Positions 29,601 to 40,981 of a DNA stretch of 64,000 bases are shown one piece after another. Position 1 is the stretch's first letter; each line of letters starts with the position of its first letter. The stretch covers positions 49,663,358 through 49,727,357 of the forward strand of contig NC_087251.1 in NCBI RefSeq assembly GCF_037042905.1, given 5' to 3'. A model generated the notes under the pieces. It made no database searches. It worked only from the letters and a program-made list of their open reading frames with translations, and was not told the origin of the DNA. This stretch comes from Lytechinus pictus (Eukaryota). The position numbers and the translations under genes are program-made.

Positions 29601-32600
29601 ATTTTAATGTTACTCCTATAGTCTAGTGCCCTATGGATTTACACACATCCTACCTGTCTAGATGGAGCTCGACAATGGATGCAATGTAGGGCCAAACATC
29701 CTATAATGCAAAATTGTAGATATGCATAGTGTGCATATCTGGATGCAAGTACTGCCCACAATTATAAATACCAGATTCACACAAGTTAAATTTGATAACA
29801 ATAAAAAGAAATGAGAATTAACATACAAGCGTACTATACATTCACATCTTCCTATGACAAGGGGTGTAAGAGAGAGATAGGGAGAGAGGGGGGTTAGATG
29901 GCTTGTATTCTAAAGGAATGGGGACTAGTCTGGCTAGAAATAAGTAAAAGTTAGAACAAGATAGCAGTAGCACTCATTCTCAGCCACCCCCCCCCCCCAG
30001 ACACACTTACAATGCTTTTCTCCCCCTCCCCCCTCCCTCTTGAATCCACCACTATTCACTCAAATTCTGAAGTTCTCTGTTCTCCATCCCTTTCCCATGA
30101 ACCAATTTCACAATTGCAATTGATCAAAGCCTATCTAATGTTTAGTTTCCTGTAATGGGTGCTATACACGAATCCAGCAGTGCTCGTTGGTATACAAAAG
30201 CACACGAAAACATGCAACGCAGAGGTAACATTAGCCTACACAGCCTAGCCTAGCCTCGGTATACAAACACAGATGATCTACTAATCACAATTTGTTACCT
30301 GATATACCCCCTCTGTAGCCTTAAACATAACCATCAAGTTCATTTTTTGGACCTCTTGATGGCTGAAACATGCATACTAGTGAAAATAATTTGCTACTAA
30401 AGAGTTTGGGCTGGTGTTTCATCCACTAGGGAATTCCCCTTGTAATAGGCCTAGTCTTGGTTGCATTATATGGCACATGAAGGTTTCTTTTTTTATTTAA
30501 CTTCCTGGCTTTTCTTTAACATCTGTACACTCACTTTATCACAAAGAAATGCATGAAATATACAGATGTGTTATGTAATGACCAATTTTAATGTTACTCC
30601 TATAGTCTAGTGCCCTATGGATTTACACACATCCTACCTGTCTAGATGGAGCTCGACAATGGATGCAATGTAGGGCCCAACATCCTATAATGCAAAATTG
30701 TAGATATGCATAGTGTGCATATCTGGATGCAAGTACTGCCCACAATTATAAATACAAGATTCACACGAGTTAAATGAGATAACAATAAAAAGAAATGAGA
30801 ATTAACATACAAGCGTACTATACATTCACATCTTCCTATGACAAGGGGTGTAAGAGAGAGATAGGGAGAGAGGGGGGTTAGATGGCTTGTATTCTAAAGG
30901 AATGGGGACTAGTCTGGCTAGAAATAAGTAAAAGTTAGAACAAGATAGCAGTAGCACTCATTCTCAGCCACCCCCCCCCCCCAGACACACTTACAATGCT
31001 TTTCTCCCCCTCCCCCCTCCCTCTTGAATCCACCACTATTCACTCAAATTCTGAAGTTCTCTGTTCTCCATCCCTTTCCCATGAACCAATTTCACAATTG
31101 CAATTGATCAAAGCCTATCTTATGTTTAGTATCCTGTAATGGGTGCTTTACACGAATACAGCAGTGCTCGTTGGTATACAAAAGCACACGAAAACATGCA
31201 ACGCAGAGGTAACATTAGCCTACACAGCCTAGCCTAGCCTCGCTATACAAACACACATGATCTACTAATCACAAATTTGTTACCTGATATACCCCCTCTG
31301 TAGCCTTGAACATAACCATCAAGTTCAGTTTTTGGACCTCTTGATGGCTGAAACATGAATACTAGTGAAAATAATTTGCTACTAAAGAGTTTGGGCTGGT
31401 GTTTCATCCACTAGGGAATTCCCCTTGTAATAGGCCTAGTCTTGGTTGCATTATATGGCACATGAAGGTTTCTTTTTTTATTTAACTTCCTGGCTTTTCT
31501 TTAACATCTGTACACTCACTTTATCACAAAGAAATGCATGAAATATACAGATGTGTTATGTAATGACCAATTTTAATGTTACTCCTATAGTCTAGTGCCC
31601 TATGGATTTACACACATCCTACCTGTCTAGATGGAGCTCGACAATGGATGCAATGTAGGGCCCAACATCCTATAATGCAAAATTGTAGATATGCATAGTG
31701 TGCATATCTGGATGCAAGTACTGCCCACAATTATAAATACAAGATTCACACGAGTTAAATGAGATAACAATAAAAAGAAATGAGAATTAACATACAAGCG
31801 TACTATACATTCACATCTTCCTATGACAAGGGGTGTAAGAGAGAGATAGGGAGAGAGGGGGGTTAGATGGCTTGTATTCTAAAGGAATGGGGACTAGTCT
31901 GGCTAGAAATAAGTAAAAGTTAGAACAAGATAGCAGTAGCACTCATTCTTAGCCACCCCCCCAGACATACTTACCATGCTTTTCTCCCCCTTCCCCCCCC
32001 CCTCCCTCTTGAATCCACCACTATTCAGTCAAATTCTAAAGTTCTCTGTTCTCCATCCCTTTCCCATGAACCAATTTCACAATTGCAATTGATCAAAGCC
32101 TATCTTATGTTTAGTATCCTGTAATGGGTGCTTTACACGAATACAGCAGTGCTCGTTGGTATACAAAAGCACACGAAAACATGCAACGCAGAGGTAACAT
32201 TAGCCTACACAGCCTAGCCTAGCCTCGCTATACAAACACACATGATCTACTAATCACAATTTGTTACCTGATATACCCCCTCTGTAGCCTTGAACATAAC
32301 CATCAAGTTCATTTTTTGGACCTCTTGATGGCTGAAACATGGATACTAGTGAAAATAATTTGCTACTGAAGAGTTTGGGCTGGTGTTTCATCCACTAGGG
32401 AATTCCCCTTGCAATATAGGCCTAGTCTTGGTTGTATTATATGGCAAATGAAGGTTTCTTTTTTTATTTAACTTCCTGGCTTTTCTTTAACATCTGTACA
32501 CTCACTTTATCACAAAGAAATGCATGAAATATACAGATGTGTTATGTAATGACCAATTTTAATGTTACTCCTATAGTCTAGTGCCCTATGGATTTACACA

Positions 32601-35600
32601 CATCCTACCTGTCTAGATGGAGCTCGACAATGGATGCAATGTAGGGCCCAACATCCTATAATGCAAAATTGTAGATATGCATAGTGTGCATATCTGGATG
32701 CAAGTACTGCCCACAATTATAAATACCAGATTCACACGAGTTAAATTTGATAACAATAAAAAGAAATGAGAATTAACATACAAGCGTACTATACATTCAC
32801 ATCTTCCTATGACAAGGGGTGTAAGAGAGAGATAGGGAGAGAGGGGGGTTAGATGGCTTGTATTCTAAAGGAATGGGGACTAGTCTGGCTAGAAATAAGT
32901 AAAAGTTAGAACAAGATAGCAGTAGCACTCATTCTCAGCCACCCCCCCCCCCCAGACACACTTACAATGCTTTTCTCCCCCTCCCCCCTCCCTCTTGAAT
33001 CCACCACTATTCACTCAAATTCTGAAGTTCTCTGTTCTCCATCCCTTTCCCATGAACCAATTTCACAATTGCAATTGATCAAAGCCTATCTAATGTTTAG
33101 TTTCCTGTAATGGGTGCTATACACGAATACAGCAGTGCTCGTTGGTATACAAAAGCACACGAAAACATGCAACGCAGAGGTAACATTAGCCTACACAGCC
33201 TAGCCTAGCCTCGGTATACAAACACAGATGATCTACTAATCACAATTTGTTACCTGATATACCCCCTCTGTAGCCTTAAACATAACCATCAAGTTCATTT
33301 TTTGGACCTCTTGATGGCTGAAACATGCATACTAGTGAAAATAATTTGCTACTAAAGAGTTTGGGCTGGTGTTTCATCCACTAGGGAATTCCCCTTGTAA
33401 TAGGCCTAGTCTTGGTTGCATTATATGGCACACGAAGGTTTCTTTTTTTATTTAACTTCCTGGCTTTTCTTTAACATCTGTACACTCACTTTATCACAAA
33501 GAAATGCATGAAATATACAGATGTGTTATGTAATGACCAATTTTAATGTTACTCCTATAGTCTAGTGCCCTATGGATTTACACACATCCTACCTGTCTAG
33601 ATGGAGCTCGACAATGGATGCAATGTAGGGCCCAACATCCTATAATGCAAAATTGTAGATATGCATAGTGTGCATATCTGGATGCAAGTACTGCCCACAA
33701 TTATAAATACAAGATTCACACGAGTTAAATGAGATAACAATAAAAAGAAATGAGAATTAACATACAAGCGTACTATACATTCACATCTTCCTATGACAAG
33801 GGGTGTAAGAGAGAGATAGGGAGAGAGGGGGGTTAGATGGCTTGTATTCTAAAGGAATGGGGACTAGTCTGGCTAGAAATAAGTAAAAGTTAGAACAAGA
33901 TAGCAGTAGCACTCATTCTCAGCCACCCCCCCCCCCCAGACACACTTACAATGCTTTTCTCCCCCTCCCCCCTCCCTCTTGAATCCAACACTATTCACTC
34001 AAATTTTGAAGTTCTCTGTTCTCCATCCCTTTCCCATGAACCAATTTCACAATTGCAATTGATCAAAGCCTATCTTATGTTTAGTATCCTGTAATGGGTG
34101 CTTTACACGAATACAGCAGTGCTCGTTGGTATACAAAAGCACACGAAAACATGCAACGCAGAGGTAACATTAGCCTACACAGCCTAGCCTAGCCTCGCTA
34201 TACAAACACACATGATCTACTAATCACAATTTGTTACCTGATATACCCCCTCTGTAGCCTTGAACATAACCATCAAGTTCATTTTTTGGACCTCTTGATG
34301 GCTGAAACATGCATACTAGTGAAAATAATTTGCTACTAAAGAGTTTGGGCTGGTGTTTCATCCACTAGGGAATTCCCCTTGTAATAGGCCTAGTCTTGGT
34401 TGCATTATATGGCACATGAAGGTTTCTTTTTTTATTTAACTTCCTGGCTTTTCTTTAACATCTGTACACTCACTTTATCACAAAGAAATGCATGAAATAT
34501 ACAGATGTGTTATGTAATGACCAATTTTAATGTTACTCCTATAGTCTAGTGCCCTATGGATTTACACACATCCTACCTGTCTAGATGGAGCTCGACAATG
34601 GATGCAATGTAGGGCCCAACATCCTATAATGCAAAATTGTAGATATGCATAGTGTGCATATCTGGATGCAAGTACTGCCCACAATTATAAATACAAGATT
34701 CACACGAGTTAAATGAGATAACAATAAAAAGAAATGAGAATTAACATACAAGCGTACTATACATTCACATCTTCCTATGACAAGGGGTGTAAGAGAGAGA
34801 TAGGGAGAGAGGGGGGTTAGATGGCTTGTATTCTAAAGGAATGGGGACTAGTCTGGCTAGAAATAAGTAAAAGTTAGAACAAGATAGCAGTAGCACTCAT
34901 TCTTAGCCACCCCCCCAGACATACTTACCATGCTTTTCTCCCCCTTCCCCCCCCCCTCCCTCTTGAATCCACCACTATTCAGTCAAATTCTAAAGTTCTC
35001 TGTTCTCCATCCCTTTCCCATGAACCAATTTCACAATTGCAATTGATCAAAGCCTATCTTATGTTTAGTATCCTGTAATGGGTGCTTTACACGAATACAG
35101 CAGTGCTCGTTGGTATACAAAAGCACACGAAAACATGCAACGCAGAGGTAACATTAGCCTACACAGCCTAGCCTAGCCTCGCTATACAAACACACATGAT
35201 CTACTAATCACAATTTGTTACCTGATATACCCCCTCTGTAGCCTTGAACATAACCATCAAGTTCATTTTTTGGACCTCTTGATGGCTGAAACATGGATAC
35301 TAGTGAAAATAATTTGCTACTGAAGAGTTTGGGCTGGTGTTTCATCCACTAGGGAATTCCCCTTGCAATATAGGCCTAGTCTTGGTTGTATTATATGGCA
35401 CATGAAGGTTTCTTTTTTTATTTAACTTCCTGGCTTTTCTTTAACATCTGTACACTCACTTTATCACAAAGAAATGCATGAAATATACAGATGTGTTATG
35501 TAATGACCAATTTTAATGTTACTCCTATAGTCTAGTGCCCTATGGATTTACACACATCCTACCTGTCTAGATGGAGCTCGACAATGGATGCAATGTAGGG

Positions 35601-37443
35601 CCAAACATCCTATAATGCAAAATTGTAGATATGCATAGTGTGCATATCTGGATGCAAGTACTGCCCACAATTATAAATACCAGATTCACACGAGTTAAAT
35701 TTGATAACAATAAAAAGAAATGAGAATTAACATACAAGCGTACTATACATTCACATCTTCCTATGACAAGGGGTGTAAGAGAGAGATAGGGAGAGAGGGG
35801 GGTTAGATGGCTTGTATTCTAAAGGAATGGGGACTAGTCTGGCTAGAAATAAGTAAAAGTTAGAACAAGATAGCAGTAGCACTCATTCTCAGCCACCCCC
35901 CCCCCCAGACACACTTACAATGCTTTTCTCCCCCTCCCCCCTCCCTCTTGAATCCACCACTATTCACTCAAATTCTGAAGTTCTCTGTTCTCCATCCCTT
36001 TCCCATGAACCAATTTCACAATTGCAATTGATCAAAGCCTATCTAATGTTTAGTTTCCTGTAATGGGTGCTATACACGAATACAGCAGTGCTCGTTGGTA
36101 TACAAAAGCACACGAAAACATGCAACGCAGAGGTAACATTAGCCTACACAGCCTAGCCTAGCCTCGGTATACAAACACAGATGATCTACTAATCACAATT
36201 TGTTACCTGATATACCCCCTCTGTAGCCTTAAACATAACCATCAAGTTCATTTTTTGGACCTCTTGATGGCTGAAACATGCATACTAGTGAAAATAATTT
36301 GCTACTAAAGAGTTTGGGCTGGTGTTTCATCCACTAGGGAATTCCCCTTGTAATAGGCCTAGTCTTGGTTGCATTATATGGCACATGAAGGTTTCTTTTT
36401 TTATTTAACTTCCTGGCTTTTCTTTAACATCTGTACACTCACTTTATCACAAAGAAATGCATGAAATATACAGATGTGTTATGTAATGACCAATTTTAAT
36501 GTTACTCCTATAGTCTAGTGCCCTATGGATTTACACACATCCTACCTGTCTAGATGGAGCTCGACAATGGATGCAATGTAGGGCCCAACATCCTATAATG
36601 CAAAATTGTAGATATGCATAGTGTGCATATCTGGATGCAAGTACTGCCCACAATTATAAATACAAGATTCACACGAGTTAAATGAGATAACAATAAAAAG
36701 AAATGAGAATTAACATACAAGCGTACTATACATTCACATCTTCCTATGACAAGGGGTGTAAGAGAGAGATAGGGAGAGAGGGGGGTTAGATGGCTTGTAT
36801 TCTAAAGGAATGGGGACTAGTCTGGCTAGAAATAAGTAAAAGTTAGAACAAGATAGCAGTAGCACTCATTCTCAGCCACCCCCCCCCCCCCCCAGACACA
36901 CTTACAATGCTTTTCTCCCCCTCCCCCCTCCCTCTTGAATCCACCACTATTCACTCAAATTCTGAAGTTCTCTGTTCTCCATCCCTTTCCCATGAACCAA
37001 TTTCACAATTGCAATTGATCAAAGCCTATCTTATGTTTAGTATCCTGTAATGGGTGCTTTACACGAATACAGCAGTGCTCGTTGGTATACAAAAGCACAC
37101 GAAAACATGCAACGCAGAGGTAACATTAGCCTACACAGCCTAGCCTAGCCTCGCTATACAAACACACATGATCTACTAATCACAATTTGTTACCTGATAT
37201 ACCCCCTCTGTAGCCTTGAACATAACCATCAAGTTCATTTTTTGGACCTCTTGATAGCTGAAACATGCATACTAGTGAAAATAATTTGCTACTGAAGAGT
37301 TTGGGCTGGTGTTTCATCCACTAGGGAATTCCCCTTGCAATATAGGCCTAGTCTTGGTTGTATTATATGGCACATGAAGGTTTCTTTTTTTATTTAACTT
37401 CCTGGCTTTTCTTTAACATCTGTACACTCACTTTATCACAAAG
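26612..37443. repeat. Further ~2 copies of the same 6-unit higher-order repeat
   Basis: The same markers occur in the same order: GGCACACGAA ~27519 and ~33427, TCCAACACTA ~28075 and ~33984, CACACAAGTT ~29778, TCACAAATTTG ~31269, GGCAAATGAA ~32443. Confidence 0.85.
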
Positions 37444-38622
37444 AAATGCATGAAATATACAGATGTGTTATGTAATGACCAATTTTAATGTTACTCCTTT
37501 AGTCTAGTGCCCTATGGATTTACACACATCCTACCTGTCTAGATGGAGCTCGACAATGGATGCAATGTAGGGCCCAACATCCTATAATGCAAAATTGTAG
37601 ATATGCATAGTGTGCATATCTGGATGCAAGTACTGCCCACAATTATAAATACAAGATTCACACGAGTTAAATGAGATAACAATAAAAAGAAATGAGAATT
37701 AACATACAAGCGTACTATACATTCACATCTTCCTATGACAAGGGGTGTAAGAGAGAGATAGGGAGAGAGGGGGGTTAGATGGCTTGTATTCTAAAGGAAT
37801 GGGGACTAGTCTGGCTAGAAATAAGTAAAAGTTAGAACAAGATAGCAGTAGCACTCATTCTCAGCCACCCCCCCCCCAGACATACTTACCATGCTTTTCT
37901 CCCCCTCCCCCCCCCCCCTCCCTCTTGAATCCACCACTATTCAGTCAAATTCTAAAGTTCTCTGTTCTCCATCCCTTTCCCATGAACCAATTTCACAATT
38001 GCAATTGATCAAAGCCTATCTTATGTTTAGTATCCTGTAATGGGTGCTTTACACGAATACAGCAGTGCTCGTTGGTATACAAAAGCACACGAAAACATGC
38101 AACGCAGAGGTAACATTAGCCTACACAGCCTAGCCTAGCCTCGCTATACAAACACACATGATCTACTAATCACAATTTGTTACCTGATATACCCCCTCTG
38201 TAGCCTTGAACATAACCATCAAGTTCAGTTTTTGGACCTCTTGATGGCTGAAACATGCATACTAGTGAAAATAATTTGCTACTGAAGAGTTTGGGCTGGT
38301 GTTTCATCCACTAGGGAATTCCCCTTGTAATAGACCTAATCTTGGTTGTATTATATGGCACATGAAGGTTTCTTTTTTTATTTAACTTCCTGGCTTTTCT
38401 TTAACATCTGTACATTCACTTTATCACAAAGAAATGCATGAAATATACAGATGTGTTATGTAATGACCAATTTTAATGTTACTCCTATATAGTCTAGTGC
38501 CCTATGGATTTACACACATCCTACCTGCCTATATGTAGCTCGACAATGGATGCAATGTAGGGCCCAACATCCTATAATGCAAAATTGTAGATATGCATAG
38601 TGTGCATATCTGGATGCAAGTA

Positions 38623-38858
38623 GGATGGGGGATCGGGTGTCCGGACACTTTATATTTTTGAAGCCTTCTTTTTTGTCTTAAAATTACACTAAAAATATTA
38701 ATTCAATAGTTGTAATCATCTTCTATTTTGTTCTCTATAATATTTTCTAAAATTTTGTACTAAAATTTGATGAAACTTCGCTTGTAATTTTTTCCAAATG
38801 ACTTTCTAAAATTGATCGTCCGGACACACAACCTGTCCGGACACACAACAACTGGGTA
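38623..38858. mobile_element. 236-bp non-autonomous (MITE-like) insertion flanked by TA on both sides
   Basis: The empty site in other units is GCAAG-TA-CTGCCC; here it reads GCAAG-TA[GGATGG...CTGGGTA]TA-CTGCCC. The interior is AT-rich, with subterminal GTCCGGACAC motifs near both ends (38637-38648; 38818-38832; 38835-38849). Confidence 0.8.
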
Positions 38859-39526
38859 TACTGCCCACAATTATAAATACCAGATTCACACGAGTTAAAT
38901 TTGATAACAACAAAAAGAAATGAGAATTAACATACAAGCGTACTATACATTCACATCTTCCTATGACAAGGGGTGTAAGAGAGAGATGGGGAGAGAGGGG
39001 GGTTAGATGGCTTGTATTCTAAAGCCAAAGGAATGGGGGCTAGTCTGGCTAGAAATAAGTAAAAGTTAGAACAAGATAGCAGTGTTAGCACTCATTCTCA
39101 GCCACCCCCCCCCCCCCCCAGACATACTTACCATGCTTTTCTCCCCCTCCCCACCTCCCTCTTGAATCCACCACTATTCAGTCAAATTCTAAAGTTCTCT
39201 GTTCTACATCCCTTTCCCATGAACCAATTTCACAATTGCAATTGATCAAAGCCTATCTAATGTTTAGTATCCTGTAATGGGTGCTATACACGAATACAGC
39301 AGTGCTCGTTGGTATACAAAAACACACGAAAACATGCAATGCAGAGGTAACATTAGCCTACACAGCCTAGCCCTAGCGCGGTTATACAAACACAGATATT
39401 TTATTAGTATATATCTGTATATGTGTACTAATCACAATTTGTTACCTGATATATATACCCCCTCTGTAGCCTTGAACATAACCATTAAGTTCAGTTTTGG
39501 ACCTCTTGATGGCTGAAACATGCATA

Positions 39527-39818
39527 TACAGCCACTGCGAGTGCGAAGCGCGAACAGAATTTTGAATTGTTTATATGACGGCCTGAAAGATGTTTGTTAG
39601 AGACTAAAATTGTTGGGAGCTAGTATAACAGTGGCATGATGACAAAGTTTCAAAATTTGAAGAGTGAAACATGTTGCTTTAGAGCTCTTTATAACTTGAG
39701 TAGGATATTTATGATAACACTTACTTAACTTCCTTCAGCCTTTTCAAGATTTCTGGGGGGTCTTGACTATAGGAGGCAAATGCCCCTTCCCCCGTTGCCC
39801 CCCTTGGTGCCGCCACTG
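39527..39818 (-). mobile_element. Truncated non-autonomous DNA-transposon-like fragment (one CAGTGGCGG-type terminus)
   Basis: Ends in ...GCCCCCCTTGGTGCCGCCACTG at 39818 (minus strand CAGTGGCGGCACCAAGGGGGGC), resembling termini of hAT-like non-autonomous elements. An internal GCGAGTGCGAAGCGCGA motif is present. The partner terminus is not seen. Family assignment is from recollection, not a search. Confidence 0.45.
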
Positions 39819-39965
39819 ATTGTTCCACTGATAAAGTGGTTGGTTATATCCAGAACTGTTGTACCAAAATTGCCAAATTTTGATATTCCCAAGGATTTAA
39901 TTAACTGGATTTTCCCAAATAGGGTTAAATCCCGTTGCTTCCACCATCCTAACATTCAATAAAGT
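39819..39965 (-). mobile_element. Degenerate L1/Tx1-clade non-LTR retrotransposon ORF2 fragment (region C-terminal of RT)
   Basis: The minus-strand translation WWKQRDLTLFGKIQLIKSLGISKF matches the characteristic W..R.LS/TL.G+..L/IIKSL..SK motif of L1/Tx1 ORF2. An in-frame TGA lies immediately upstream, so the fragment is non-functional. Confidence 0.7.
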
Positions 39966-40135
39966 TTTTTGTTCATGTTGTTGCTCTTACTTAGCGTTTT
40001 CAATCTATTTCTTTTAGTTATTTACATCTGCTGCCCTGCATATCATTTATTACTTCGTGATACGTGCTTCATCTAATAAAGTGTTTATCAAATAAATACA
40101 TATTTCGAATACATTATATATTTAGCAAGGATGAT

Positions 40136-40241
40136 ATAATAATAATAATATAGGGTAGGGTATTTATATTGCGCACATATCCACATTGTTGGTGCTCAAC
40201 GCGCTCCTATATTACCCGGCTAAGCTAGGCGTTCATAGCGC
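40136..40241 (-). mobile_element. 3' tail fragment of an L2-type LINE or L2-tailed SINE
   Basis: Minus strand reads ...GAGCGCGTTGAGCACC...GGATATGTGCGCAATATAAATA...TATTATTATTATT. This fits a GCGC-closed stem-loop followed by TATAAAT and a (TAT)n tail, typical of L2/SINE2 3' ends. Confidence 0.55.
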
Positions 40242-40288
40242 GAAATAGAGTGAAACTGGGGAGCCCCGGCTAGAGAGAAAGGAAAAGA

Positions 40289-40690
40289 GATTGAGATCAA
40301 GGGGGGGGGGGGGGTAGTCACGACATTATGCGAGTCCGTTCATTCATGTTTCATAAATAAACAGAGAGTGCAAGAAAGAGTGAGGGGGGAAGAGAAACTA
40401 AACAAAGGAACAGATATTGAGATGGAGGGGGATTGTATGCCCTACAGGGGGGGGGGGGAGAGAAAGAGAACTTTGCCATTATAGAGAACAAAACAACCGA
40501 GATTTGGATGGAGGGGGGGGGGGGGTGACGAGGACATTACGCCAGTCAATTCATTCATGATTCATAAAGAAACAGAGAGGTTGGTGTGCTTAGACAGAGA
40601 GAGGCCGGAAGAGAGAAATCGAAACTTGAGAACGATTGGGATGGAGTCCATTCATTTATGTACAAGAGTGAGCTCGTCCATTCGTTCATT
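40289..40690. repeat. G/GA-rich low-complexity region with a diverged ~211-bp-offset duplication
   Basis: poly-G...GACATTA..CGAGTCCGTTCATTCATGTTTCATAAATAAACAGAGAG (~40289-40368) aligns with poly-G...GACATTA..CCAGTCAATTCATTCATGATTCATAAAGAAACAGAGAG (~40501-40579). Further partial GTCCATTC copies lie at ~40645 and ~40677. Confidence 0.6.
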
Positions 40691-40981
40691 TACAAATTGA
40701 TGAAGCATTAGAACTATCGCCAAGTCCATGCACCTGCGCTCTTCAGTTTTTCATTGTCCATAGTGTCCCCATATTCGCCGGCGGTTGCGCGCGGGTGCCA
40801 CTTCCTTATGAAAAAAAACCATAAAGGACTCGTCCATTATACATAGGTATGAATCGAGGTAGACTCGGCAAGATACATTATATTTCCTTCGCTCGTGATG
40901 CATCCCGGGCAGGCGTATGAAAAATGACATAATGGTGTTAAAATAGACAAAACTGCAAGGTGCGGCTAGAATGATGCTAGA

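Larger units (their letters stand above)
1..39526. repeat. ~985-bp-unit tandem macrosatellite (39 full units plus a diverged partial 40th; extends beyond the window start)
   Basis: The anchor AAATGCATGAAATATACAGA recurs at 1, 987, 1975, 2960, 3951, 4935, 5917, 6901, 7884, 8870, 9856 ... 36455, 37444, 38432. Units differ by scattered SNPs and poly-C length. Similarity ends after GGCTGAAACATGCATA at 39526. Confidence 0.98.

Noticed and set aside
39277..39516. 79-aa plus-strand ORF
   Set aside because: It is open only in the diverged terminal satellite copy because of private indels, and is closed in all other units.
39780..39962. 60-aa proline-rich plus-strand ORF
   Set aside because: It is an antisense shadow spanning a transposon end and the LINE fragment.
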